Assembly (NCBI GenBank): GCA_965219385.1
Contig: CBDCNM010000002.1
Coordinates: 716,639 to 780,638, forward strand
Direction: 5' to 3'
DNA length: 64,000 bases
From: Candidatus Latescibacterota bacterium
GTDB taxonomy: Bacteria; Latescibacterota; UBA2968; UBA8231
Made by a program: the position numbers and the translations under genes. The notes under the pieces are model-generated. The model did no database searches, had not been told where the DNA came from, and was given only the letters and a program-made list of their open reading frames with translations. Every line of letters begins with the position of its first letter. Position 1 is the first letter of the stretch. Shown here piece after piece: positions 11,671 to 20,199 of this stretch.

Positions 11671-12920
11671 GCGCAATCACCGAATCAGCGACTTCGCCAA
11701 TTCTCTTTGACGTGGAAAGCATCCGCAGCGACTTTCCCGCGCTGCAGCAGCGCATCCGCGACAAAGACCTGGTCTACCTCGATAGTGCGGCCACTACCCA
11801 GAAACCGCAGGTCGTGATCGATGCGCTGGCGCGCTATTATGCGAAGGAGAATTCCAATATCCACCGCGGCGTCCACTTCCTGAGCCAGCAGGCCACCTTT
11901 GCCTACGAGCGCGCCCGCGCCCGGGTGCGGCTTTTCCTCAACGCCGGTGAAAACGGCGAGATCGTCTTCGTGCGCGGGACCACCGAGGGCATCAACCTCG
12001 TGGCCCACAGCTATGGTCGGCCCCACGTCAAAGAAGGCGACGAGATCATCATCTCGCACATGGAGCACCACTCCAATATCGTGCCCTGGCAGATGCTGTG
12101 CCAGGAAAAGGGCGCCCATTTGCGGGTGGTGCCCATCAACGAGGAAGGCGAGTTCCTCGTGGACGAATACGAAAAACTGCTCAACCACCGCACTCGACTG
12201 GTGGCCGTGACCCACGCCTCCAATGCCCTGGGTAGCATCAATCCCCTCCGACAGATCATCGACCTGGCCCACGCTCAGGGCGCGTCCGTAGTGGTCGACG
12301 GCGCCCAGGGCGTGCCGCACCTGCCGGTGGATGTGTCCGCCCTGGATTGCGATTTTTACACCTTTTCCGCTCACAAACTCTTTGGTCCAACCGGCGTCGG
12401 AGTACTCTACGGCAAAAAGGCCCTGCTCGAAGCCATGCCCCCCTATGAGGGCGGTGGTTCCATGATTCAGTCCGTCCAATTCGAAAAGACCACCTATGCG
12501 GATCTGCCCGCCAAGTTCGAGGCCGGCACCCCCCACATCGCCGGTGGCATTGCCCTGGAAGCGGCCCTCAACTACGTCAACGCCATCGGTCGCGAGCAGA
12601 TCGCCGCCTACGAGACCGAACTCCTGAACTACGGCACCGAACTCCTCGCTCGCATCGAAGGGCTGCGCCTCATCGGCAACGCCCGGGAAAAGGTCGGGGT
12701 GTTCTCCTTTGTCATGGACGCGGCCCACCCACACGATATCGGCACCATCCTGGACACCGAGGGCATTGCCGTGCGCGCCGGCCACCACTGCGCCCAACCC
12801 ACCATGCAGCGCTACGGCGTAGCGGCCACGGTGCGGGCTTCCCTGGCCTTCTACAATACCCATCGGGAACTCGAGGCCCTGGCCGCGGCACTTCACAAAG
12901 TCATCGAGGTATTTGGCTGA
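11667..12920 (+). CDS. sufS: Cysteine desulfurase SufS
   Basis: YLDSAATTQKP, EHHSNIVPWQ, FSAHK (PLP lysine), FEAGTP, RAGHHCAQP. Confidence 0.96.
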   Translation: MSAITESATSPILFDVESIRSDFPALQQRIRDKDLVYLDSAATTQKPQVVIDALARYYAKENSNIHRGVHFLSQQATFAYERARARVRLFLNAGENGEIVFVRGTTEGINLVAHSYGRPHVKEGDEIIISHMEHHSNIVPWQMLCQEKGAHLRVVPINEEGEFLVDEYEKLLNHRTRLVAVTHASNALGSINPLRQIIDLAHAQGASVVVDGAQGVPHLPVDVSALDCDFYTFSAHKLFGPTGVGVLYGKKALLEAMPPYEGGGSMIQSVQFEKTTYADLPAKFEAGTPHIAGGIALEAALNYVNAIGREQIAAYETELLNYGTELLARIEGLRLIGNAREKVGVFSFVMDAAHPHDIGTILDTEGIAVRAGHHCAQPTMQRYGVAATVRASLAFYNTHRELEALAAALHKVIEVFG

Positions 12921-13375
12921 TGTCCGAACTCCGCGAACTCTACCAGCAAATCATCCTGGACCACAACAAAAACCCGCGCAATTTCGGCAAGCTAAAAAAT
13001 GCCAACCGCACTCAGGAAGGCTTTAACCCCCTGTGCGGCGACTACCTCAAGGTGTACCTGCACCTGAGCGTCGACGACGTCATTCAAGATATTCACTTCG
13101 AGGGATCGGGGTGCGCCATCTCCAAGGCCTCGGCTTCCTTGATGACCGCGCTCTTGAAAGGCAAGACCGCGACCGAGGCCACGGAAATTTTCGAACGCTT
13201 TCACGAACTGGTCACCTCGGAGGTGGATGCGCCAGTGGACGCGGAGAAGGTCGGCAAACTGGCGGTCTTTGCCGGGGTGCGCGAGTTTCCCATGCGCGTC
13301 AAATGCGCCACCCTGTCCTGGCACACCATGAAAGCAGCCCTGGAAGAAAGCGACGCATCGGTGTCGACCGAATAG
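12920..13375 (+). CDS. sufU: SUF-system NifU-like protein SufU
   Basis: LYQQIILDH, NPLCGD, GCAISKAS, RVKCATL. Confidence 0.95.
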   Translation: MSELRELYQQIILDHNKNPRNFGKLKNANRTQEGFNPLCGDYLKVYLHLSVDDVIQDIHFEGSGCAISKASASLMTALLKGKTATEATEIFERFHELVTSEVDAPVDAEKVGKLAVFAGVREFPMRVKCATLSWHTMKAALEESDASVSTE

Positions 13376-13390
13376 ACAAGGAGAGCATCC

Positions 13391-13720
13391 ATGCACGATC
13401 AGACCTTCCCTCCCGACAGTATTGAGGCCCAAGTCGTCGAAGTCTTGAAGACCTGTTACGACCCCGAGATTCCGGTCGACATCTTTGAACTCGGGCTGAT
13501 CTACACCGTCGAGTTCAACGACGACAACACCGTCGATGTCACCATGACCCTGACCTCGCCGGCCTGTCCGGTGGCGGGCACCCTTCCTCCCGAAGTCCAG
13601 CAAAAAATCAAAACCACGGTACCCGAGGTCGTGGACGCCAGGGTCGAAGTGGTCTGGGACCCTCCCTGGAATATGGACATGATGTCCGATGCGGCCAAAC
13701 TAGAGCTTGGCATGATGTAA
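13391..13720 (+). CDS. sufT: DUF59/SufT Fe-S assembly factor
   Basis: DPEIPVDIFELGLIY, MTLTSPACP, VWDPPW, AKLELG. Confidence 0.9.
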   Translation: MHDQTFPPDSIEAQVVEVLKTCYDPEIPVDIFELGLIYTVEFNDDNTVDVTMTLTSPACPVAGTLPPEVQQKIKTTVPEVVDARVEVVWDPPWNMDMMSDAAKLELGMM

Positions 13721-13736
13721 AAAAAAGGAGCCATAC

Positions 13737-14219
13737 ATGAAGCTCAGCGCACAGGAAGAATACGGACTTCGCTGTCTGCTTCAATTGGGACGGCAGGAAC
13801 CGGGCCGCAGTCTCACCATTCCGGAGATCGGCCAGGCCGAGGGCATCTCCACCCACAACGTCGCCAAGCTCCTGCGCATCCTGCGCCAGGGTGGATTCGT
13901 GGAGAGCGCCCGCGGCCAACACGGTGGTTATGCCTTGGCCCTTGCACCCGAGCGGATCATCGTCGGCGAAGTACTGCTGGTGCTGGGTGGTCGTCTCTAC
14001 GAGCCCGGTTTTTGCGAGACCTTCACCGGTGTTGCAGAAAGCTGCCTGCATTCCTCGACAGAATGTTCGGTGCGCTCGCTGTGGAACCGGGTGCAGCAAG
14101 CCGTGGACCAGGTATTGAGTCAGACCACGCTGCACGACCTGCTCAACCACGACCAGGAGATCTACCAGATGGCCTCCGAATGCTCCGGCGAATTGCTCGA
14201 CATATCGAGTACACAATAG
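13737..14219 (+). CDS. Rrf2-family transcriptional regulator (IscR/SufR-like, three-Cys)
   Basis: EYGLRCLL, VESARGQHGGYAL, and Cys cluster FC..SC..EC.VRSLW. Last gene of the suf operon. Confidence 0.92.
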   Translation: MKLSAQEEYGLRCLLQLGRQEPGRSLTIPEIGQAEGISTHNVAKLLRILRQGGFVESARGQHGGYALALAPERIIVGEVLLVLGGRLYEPGFCETFTGVAESCLHSSTECSVRSLWNRVQQAVDQVLSQTTLHDLLNHDQEIYQMASECSGELLDISSTQ

Positions 14220-14245
14220 AAAATCGAATTGAAAGAGTGTAACTG

Positions 14246-14284
14246 AGAAAGCCTGCTGTTGATTACAGCAGGCTTTTCTTTTTT
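14246..14284 (+). terminator. Intrinsic terminator of the suf operon
   Basis: AAAGCCTGCTGT-TGATT-ACAGCAGGCTTT hairpin followed by a T-rich tract. Confidence 0.85.
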
Positions 14285-14376
14285 GGTTCGATGAAGCAAA
14301 CTTGATTCGAGGAAATGTTTTAACTTGCTTTGCAGATAAAGATTGATTACTTTTGCCCAAGGCTATAATCCGCAAT

Positions 14377-14456
14377 AGTTCCACAATAGTATAGTAAGTT
14401 CCACAATAGTATAGTAAGTTCCACAATAGTATAGTAAGTTCCACAATAGTATAGTA
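14377..14456. repeat. Perfect tandem repeat, 4 x 20 bp (AGTTCCACAATAGTATAGTA)
   Basis: Copies start at 14377, 14397, 14417 and 14437 with no spacers. The array lies between TATAAT (14364-14369) and the GGGAGG RBS (14464-14469). Confidence 0.97.
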
Positions 14457-14474
14457 AAATCAAGGGAGGAAATC

Positions 14475-14882
14475 ATGGCAAAGGCTGCTCCTAAGAAGGC
14501 TGCTCCTAAGAAGGCTGCTCCTAAGAAGGCTGCTCCTAAGAAGGCTGCTCCTAAGAAGGCTGCTCCTAAGAAGGCTGCTCCTAAGAAGGCTGCTCCTAAG
14601 AAGGCTGCTCCTAAGAAGGCTGCTCCTAAGAAGGCTGCTCCTAAGAAGGCTGCTCCTAAGAAGGCTGCTCCTAAGAAGGCTGCTCCTAAGAAGGCTGCTC
14701 CTAAGAAGGCTGCTCCTAAGAAGGCTGCTCCTAAGAAGGCTGCTCCTAAGAAGGCTGCTCCTAAGAAGGCTGCTCCTAAGAAGGCTGCTCCTAAGAAGGC
14801 TGCTCCTAAGAAGGCTGCTCCTAAGAAGGCTGCTCCTAAGAAGGCTGCCCCCAAGAAAAAAGCCGCCGCTAAGAAAAAATAA
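14475..14882 (+). CDS. Histone H1-like basic repeat protein, MA-(KAAPK)25-KKAAAKKK
   Basis: Strong RBS, upstream TATAAT and downstream terminator. Lys/Ala/Pro composition resembles H1 tails and bacterial PAKK-repeat nucleoid proteins. Confidence 0.8.
   Translation: MAKAAPKKAAPKKAAPKKAAPKKAAPKKAAPKKAAPKKAAPKKAAPKKAAPKKAAPKKAAPKKAAPKKAAPKKAAPKKAAPKKAAPKKAAPKKAAPKKAAPKKAAPKKAAPKKAAPKKAAPKKAAPKKKAAAKKK
14481..14855. repeat. Coding VNTR: 24 identical 15-bp units (AAGGCTGCTCCTAAG) plus one synonymous variant
   Basis: Perfect periodicity over 14481-14840; variant AAGGCTGCCCCCAAG at 14841-14855. Confidence 0.97.
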
Positions 14883-14916
14883 AAGAACCACCTGTTTTAT
14901 ATTCTCTATTGCCTCT

Positions 14917-14962
14917 GCAAAAGACGCCGATTCCACTCAGGTACCGGCGTCTTTGCTTTTTT
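14917..14962 (+). terminator. Intrinsic terminator between the convergent H1-like gene and nadE
   Basis: GCAAAAGACGCCG ... CGGCGTCTTTGC stem followed by TTTTTT. Confidence 0.75.
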
Positions 14963-14978
14963 CCGCTCTTTTGTATCC

Positions 14979-16892
14979 CTAATTTTCTATAACCATACCC
15001 AGTACTCTTTCCCTCAGGATTGCATAGGAACGCGGCACATACGCCGGCAACTGGCTCTCGCGCAGGTCAAAACCAAAAGCGCGTTTGCTCAGCACGATGG
15101 TAGGAGGTGTTTGAATCCGCTTGAAGTAATTGATGCGCACCTGTCGTTCCATCCACTCCAGATCATTGATCCAGGTTTCGGCATCGGGGAAATAACCCGC
15201 GAACCTTTCCCTGTCACACCAGCCCAGACGCTCGAACAACACTCCGTCGATAAACCACTGCAGCAGGTCTGCCGGATGCCGGCGGTATTCGATCATCTGA
15301 CGCAACACCGCATCGTGATAACCGTACTTGATCGGGTCTCCCAATCCTTTGGTAACGTCCTGCGCTTCGGAGAGTTCGGCGCTGGGCACGGTCGCCCCGC
15401 TGATCAAGTTGAGCGGAATCACTTCGCGCCTGAAAATCCTTTCGTTGAGGTAGCTCGCCAGTTCGATGACCTGTACCTTGTAGAGGTCGGCGATAGGAGC
15501 TATGGCGCCATTGACATCGCCGTAGAGGGTGGCATAGCCCAGGGCGACTTCGGTTTTGTTGCCGTTGTTGGTGAAGAGCAATCCGTACTTGGCGGCCAGG
15601 CCGGATAGTATATCCGCGCCGCGGATGCGGGCCTGGATGTTTTCGTCTACCAGCCGGGTGTAGTCGCCCGGTTCCCGGGCGAAGTTCAATCCCTTTATCC
15701 GCTCGGATACCTGTTCGTAGAGATCTTGTATTGGACAACTGATATAATCCACTTCCAGAGCCTGGCAAACCTGCCGCGCATTTTCCTGTGTGATGGACGA
15801 GTTGAAACGCGTCGGCATGTTAACCGCAAAGACCCGCTCCGGCCCCAGGGCCTGCGCCAGCAGGCAGACCACCACGCTCGAATCAATGCCGCCGCTGACC
15901 GCGATGAGGAAGCGAGTTTCGCTATCGCGGATACAGTCGATATGGCAGAGCCCGGTGCGGATGGCGTCGTAGACCGCCTCGACCTCGTCCTGAACAGGGG
16001 CGACCGCGCCCTTCCTCGAAGTCAGGATCACCTGTTCTTTCCAGGAATCGGCGCGCTGTTCGATCCTTCCATCCGGCGCGTAGACCGTGGTGTCCCCGTC
16101 AAAGACGATTATGTTTTTGCCGTTGTTCTGGGCTCCGACTTGGTTGACGTAAAACAAAGGAAGTGGGGAACGGGCCACGATCTGTCGCACGACCCGGTTG
16201 CGCTTGTCGTTTTTCTGCCAGGTCCACGGCGACGACGAGAGGTTGAAAATAGCCTGGGCCCCGCGCCGGTGATAGACCCTCAGGGTGTCGAGGGTGTCCT
16301 GTTGCCAGGAATAGTCCTGGCACCAGATGTCTTCGCACAACTGGACCCCGAACTTGAAGGAGCGACCGTTGCGCAACTGGATCTCAAAAGGCACAATCCA
16401 GTCGTAGACCGAACATCCGCGGGATTGGGCCAATTTGCGCAGAGAGTAGAAGTGGCGATCGTCGTCAAAGAAGCGGTAATTCGGATGCAGGGTCTTGGGG
16501 TGTACACCAGGTTTTAAGCCCGGAGGCAAACCCTGGCGTTCCAGATAATGTCCGTGCGAGCACACCTGCACCGCGTTGTACTTGCGAATCCGGCCATCCT
16601 CTCCAATGCAGTCTTTGTCGATTGCGACATTGCCGAAAACCACGGTGATACCTTTGCTGGCCGCACAGATGGTACCGCTGTAGGCGGCAAAATCCTCGAC
16701 CAAGGCATCTACCTCCCACAAGTCGCCGAGAATGTACCCGGATATGCACAGCTCGGAAAAGACCACCACTTCGGCACCGGCCCGGCGTCCATCCTCTATA
16801 AACTCCTGCATGCGGACGCTGTTCAGGTCCGGTCTGCCGGGCCGCACTTCCATCTGCACCAGGGCGATGGAGGGAAGATCTTCAAAAGACAT
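14979..16892 (-). CDS. nadE: Glutamine-dependent NAD+ synthetase
   Basis: Nitrilase-type domain (FSEL, PKT.HPNY, CEDIW) plus synthetase domain (SGGIDS, ENIQARIRG, NKTE..LGYATLYGD, PSAEL). Confidence 0.95.
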   Translation of the reverse strand: MSFEDLPSIALVQMEVRPGRPDLNSVRMQEFIEDGRRAGAEVVVFSELCISGYILGDLWEVDALVEDFAAYSGTICAASKGITVVFGNVAIDKDCIGEDGRIRKYNAVQVCSHGHYLERQGLPPGLKPGVHPKTLHPNYRFFDDDRHFYSLRKLAQSRGCSVYDWIVPFEIQLRNGRSFKFGVQLCEDIWCQDYSWQQDTLDTLRVYHRRGAQAIFNLSSSPWTWQKNDKRNRVVRQIVARSPLPLFYVNQVGAQNNGKNIIVFDGDTTVYAPDGRIEQRADSWKEQVILTSRKGAVAPVQDEVEAVYDAIRTGLCHIDCIRDSETRFLIAVSGGIDSSVVVCLLAQALGPERVFAVNMPTRFNSSITQENARQVCQALEVDYISCPIQDLYEQVSERIKGLNFAREPGDYTRLVDENIQARIRGADILSGLAAKYGLLFTNNGNKTEVALGYATLYGDVNGAIAPIADLYKVQVIELASYLNERIFRREVIPLNLISGATVPSAELSEAQDVTKGLGDPIKYGYHDAVLRQMIEYRRHPADLLQWFIDGVLFERLGWCDRERFAGYFPDAETWINDLEWMERQVRINYFKRIQTPPTIVLSKRAFGFDLRESQLPAYVPRSYAILRERVLGMVIEN

Positions 16893-16919
16893 ACACTATC
16901 GCACACTACGGAGTACAGC

Positions 16920-18074
16920 TCAGGAAGCAGAGGCCATGGCCGGCACTACCTCGACCACTTCCTGGCGCGATGACCGGATGCACTCCACCATCCGCAGAAT
17001 GCCGTCGCGGATATCCTCCAGCGCGATAAAACCAAAGGCCAGGCGGAGAAAGGGCACATCTTCGCCGTGGATGTGAAAGGCGGATCCCGGGGCACAGAGG
17101 ATATTATTCTCGGCCAGCAGGGCACGGAGCTTTTCCCGGTCTACATCCTGGGGGAAGCCCACCCAGATGAACAAACCGCCGACCGGACGCGACCAGGTAC
17201 AGATATCGCCGCCGCCCTCTTCCAGGGCGACGAAAACCGCATCGCGCTTTTTCTTGAGGATGGCGTTCCGGGTCTCCACGTGATCCCACAGGGTATCTTT
17301 GAAGTAGGCCGCCAAAACGGATGCGGCCAGCAGGCTGTTGCCCCCGTCGTAGCGCCGGTCCAGGATGCGGTCCAGCATGGGGGGACGGGCGATAAAGTAC
17401 CCCAGGCGCACACCCGGCCCGAGGATCTTGGAAAGCGAGCAAATATAGACCTGGTCCGGACTGTCGTCCAGGGTGTAGAGAGCCGATTGCTTGTCGCCTT
17501 CGAAGTGCACGTCACCATAGCAGTTGTCTTCCACCACGATGGTGCCGTACCTGCGGGCCACCTCGATGAACTGGAGACGGCGCTGCCGCGGCATCACCGA
17601 ACCGGTGGGATTTTGATAGGTCGCCAGGGTGTAGATGAAGCGCGGCGGGGTGCCGCGCTGGTGCAGATCCGCCAGGGTCCGGTCCAGGGCGTCGATTTGC
17701 ATGCCGTCCTGGTCCACGGGTACGCCCACCAGCCGGGCCCCCAGGCGCTTGTAGGCCCCGATGGTTCCCGAGTAGGTCAGTTCCTCGATGACGATGGGAT
17801 CGCCGGGCTTTTCCAAAAGGGCTTCGGCTATCAGGGTGACCGCCTGCATGGATCCGTTCGTCAGACTGATATGGTCCGGCGAGACCGCCACGCCCTCGCG
17901 CTGCGACTCCCGCGCCGCCATGACTTGGCGCAGTCCCTGGTGCCCCAGGTCTCCGGGATAGTTGACAAAGTCTGCCCCTACCTCGGGAATGGCCTTCCGG
18001 GCTGCCTCGACCAGTTCGGCCGTGGGAAAAGAATCTGGATCCGTTCGTCCGCCACCAAAATCAAATATTCGCAT
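16920..18074 (-). CDS. PLP-dependent class I/II aminotransferase (2-aminoadipate/MocR-like catalytic fold, no HTH)
   Basis: TNGSMQA, YQNPTG, EDNCY, SLSKILGPGVRLG, GGLFIW, LRLAF. Confidence 0.9.
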   Translation of the reverse strand: MRIFDFGGGRTDPDSFPTAELVEAARKAIPEVGADFVNYPGDLGHQGLRQVMAARESQREGVAVSPDHISLTNGSMQAVTLIAEALLEKPGDPIVIEELTYSGTIGAYKRLGARLVGVPVDQDGMQIDALDRTLADLHQRGTPPRFIYTLATYQNPTGSVMPRQRRLQFIEVARRYGTIVVEDNCYGDVHFEGDKQSALYTLDDSPDQVYICSLSKILGPGVRLGYFIARPPMLDRILDRRYDGGNSLLAASVLAAYFKDTLWDHVETRNAILKKKRDAVFVALEEGGGDICTWSRPVGGLFIWVGFPQDVDREKLRALLAENNILCAPGSAFHIHGEDVPFLRLAFGFIALEDIRDGILRMVECIRSSRQEVVEVVPAMASAS

Positions 18075-18089
18075 AGCAGCATCCTGTGG

Positions 18090-19118
18090 TTAAGGCCCTG
18101 AAAAGGCCCAGTCCGGCCGCTGCAGCCGCGGATTTTCCACGATGCCTGGAATCCGGCCGCGCTTGGCCACGGGGTGATTGTCCACTTCCTTGATATCCGC
18201 CGTAAAATCTAGGGGCCGGGCCCCGCTGATGGCGCTGCCGACGCCGAAGCCATCCACGGGCGCCCCGGCAATGCGGAAAGACTGCAACCGCTCCGGGTCC
18301 AGCCCGCCCGAGACAAAAATCTTGACATGCCCGTACCCACCCTGGTCCAACCGCGCCCGCACCTCCTCGACCAGTTCGACGGTCACCCCTCCAAGTTCAC
18401 CGGGCGTGTCCAGTCTTACCCCCCACACTTTCTCCCCCATGGCCTCGGCTATCCGCACGCTCTCTGCGGCCTCGTCCCTGAAGGTATCCACCAGGAAGAT
18501 GCGCCGAATCTGAGGATCCATGTGGCGGTCGAAGGCCTCTGCCGCCGCAAGGGTGTCCCCCATGGCCAGGATCAAGGCATGGGGCAAGGTGCCGCTGGCT
18601 GCGATTCCGGCCCGTTCGGCGCCGGCCGGGGTAGCGCACCCGCTGCACCCGCCGACCACGGCCGCGTACTCCATGCGGACGCTCACAGCCGGGTGGACAT
18701 GGCGCGCCCCAAAGCAAATCACCGGCACATCCTCGGCCGCCGTCACACAGGCCGCCGCGGCCGTGGCCCAGCCGGTCTGGCTGCTCAACATCCCCAGCAA
18801 CGCGGTTTCGTACAGACCAAAGCTTTGATACGGTGCCCGGATCCGCAGGACCACTTCCTTTGGTTCGATCCAGGTCCCCTCTTTCAGGCTCCAGACCTCG
18901 GCCTTTGCGGGTAGAATCCGCCGCAGCAACCCGTGGACCTCCCTCATGCCGCACAGCAGCGACCGTTGCCGGGTGAAAAACTCCATGGCCACCACCGGGT
19001 CCAGGCCCTCGGCCTCGAGAATTTGCCGGCTGCGCTCAAAGTAAATATCGGCGTTATAGCCCGCCAGCGTGGCCTGGTCCGGAGCAAATGGATCGGTGTT
19101 GGCTCGTGCCTCTCCCAT
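18090..19118 (-). CDS. pncB: Nicotinate phosphoribosyltransferase (short type)
   Basis: DIYF, ETALLG, FGAR, GTLPHA, LVDTF, GVRLDTP, VSGG, FGVGS, KRG. Confidence 0.92.
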   Translation of the reverse strand: MGEARANTDPFAPDQATLAGYNADIYFERSRQILEAEGLDPVVAMEFFTRQRSLLCGMREVHGLLRRILPAKAEVWSLKEGTWIEPKEVVLRIRAPYQSFGLYETALLGMLSSQTGWATAAAACVTAAEDVPVICFGARHVHPAVSVRMEYAAVVGGCSGCATPAGAERAGIAASGTLPHALILAMGDTLAAAEAFDRHMDPQIRRIFLVDTFRDEAAESVRIAEAMGEKVWGVRLDTPGELGGVTVELVEEVRARLDQGGYGHVKIFVSGGLDPERLQSFRIAGAPVDGFGVGSAISGARPLDFTADIKEVDNHPVAKRGRIPGIVENPRLQRPDWAFSGP

Positions 19119-19120
19119 GA

Positions 19121-19648
19121 TTAGCGATTGGTTATTTGCGCGCCCAGGATCTTTTCCATGTGATCCAGGGCCCACTCGTGCTGCGCCGGATCGAAACTGG
19201 CGACGCAATCCGCCGGCACCTCCACTGCAAAGTCCCGGTTGCGCAGCCCCGATACCGTGTGCAACACGCAGATATCCGTGCAGTCTCCCATGACCACGAC
19301 CTCGTCCGGCTGGAACTCGGCCAGTTGTCCCTCCAGATCGGTATTGTAAAAAGCGCTGTAGCGCCGCTTCTTGACGATCCTGGCCGCCGCTGATAGGGAA
19401 GCCAGTTCGTCAATGATCTCCTCTTCCTCGGTGCCCTCGATGCAGTGGGGTGGAAACATCTCGAATTCTCTGTCGTCGGGCACATGGCTGTCCTGAGTGA
19501 AGAAGATGGCGGCACCTGCTCCCTTTTCGCGCTCCACCCGCTCTTTGATCCGCGGAATAATCGCCCGGGCCTCATCCCCGCAGTAGAGGGTGCCCTGGGG
19601 GGCCAGGAAGCCTTTCTGCATGTCCACCACGATGACGGCCTTTGCCAT
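19121..19648 (-). CDS. pncA: Nicotinamidase / isochorismatase-family cysteine hydrolase
   Basis: VVDMQ, DSH, PHC, KRRYSAF, CTDICV. Adjacent to pncB. Confidence 0.85.
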   Translation of the reverse strand: MAKAVIVVDMQKGFLAPQGTLYCGDEARAIIPRIKERVEREKGAGAAIFFTQDSHVPDDREFEMFPPHCIEGTEEEEIIDELASLSAAARIVKKRRYSAFYNTDLEGQLAEFQPDEVVVMGDCTDICVLHTVSGLRNRDFAVEVPADCVASFDPAQHEWALDHMEKILGAQITNR

Positions 19649-19732
19649 GTCTGGAATCTCCTGCGCTGTTGTTTGCTACTAATATACTGACTTCCGGCCC
19701 AGAATTTCAAATCCGGTACATGTCGTCTGGGG

Positions 19733-20173
19733 TCACGATAAGCTCTTTTCTACAAATTCCAGGCTTTCTCCCGCGAGCCGGCGGTAAAAGCAACCGGCTC
19801 GCGCCCTGCCCTCGGGTCCTCTGGTATGACAGGCGCCCTCGCCCCGGGGTTTTACCAGGTAGAGCAGAGAATTCTGCTCGCAGTTTACCCGCACTTCGAC
19901 CAGGTCCAGATAGTCGCCCGATGTAGCCCCTTTGACCCACAGCTCATTGCGCGAGGTACTCCAGAATGTGGCCACCTTGTGCTTCAGGGTATGGTCCAGG
20001 GCGGCCTGGTTGGCATAGGCGATGATCAGAATCTCCCGGCTCTGAGCATCCTGAACCGCCACCGGGACCAGAGGCTGCCCGCAATGGGCCACCTTGTCGA
20101 GCTTGGCGAAGTCCAGCAGGAATCGGCTCCCTTCCTCGATATCATGGCTGCTTGGGGACGATCTCTCTGTCAT
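19733..20173 (-). CDS. hisI: Phosphoribosyl-AMP cyclohydrolase
   Basis: LVPVAVQD, FWSTSRNELWVKGATSG, NCEQNSL, ACHT, CFYR. Confidence 0.92.
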   Translation of the reverse strand: MTERSSPSSHDIEEGSRFLLDFAKLDKVAHCGQPLVPVAVQDAQSREILIIAYANQAALDHTLKHKVATFWSTSRNELWVKGATSGDYLDLVEVRVNCEQNSLLYLVKPRGEGACHTRGPEGRARAGCFYRRLAGESLEFVEKSLS

Positions 20174-20199
20174 GTAGCCGTCCTTTCTTCCATTTCGCG

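Noticed and set aside
14377..14855. CRISPR array
   Set aside because: Both repeat sets are head-to-tail with no unique spacers, and no cas genes are in the window.
14363..14936. Minus-strand (GAAFL)n and (RSSLL)n ORFs
   Set aside because: These are shadows of the 15-bp VNTR. Only the plus-strand frame has an RBS, promoter and terminator.
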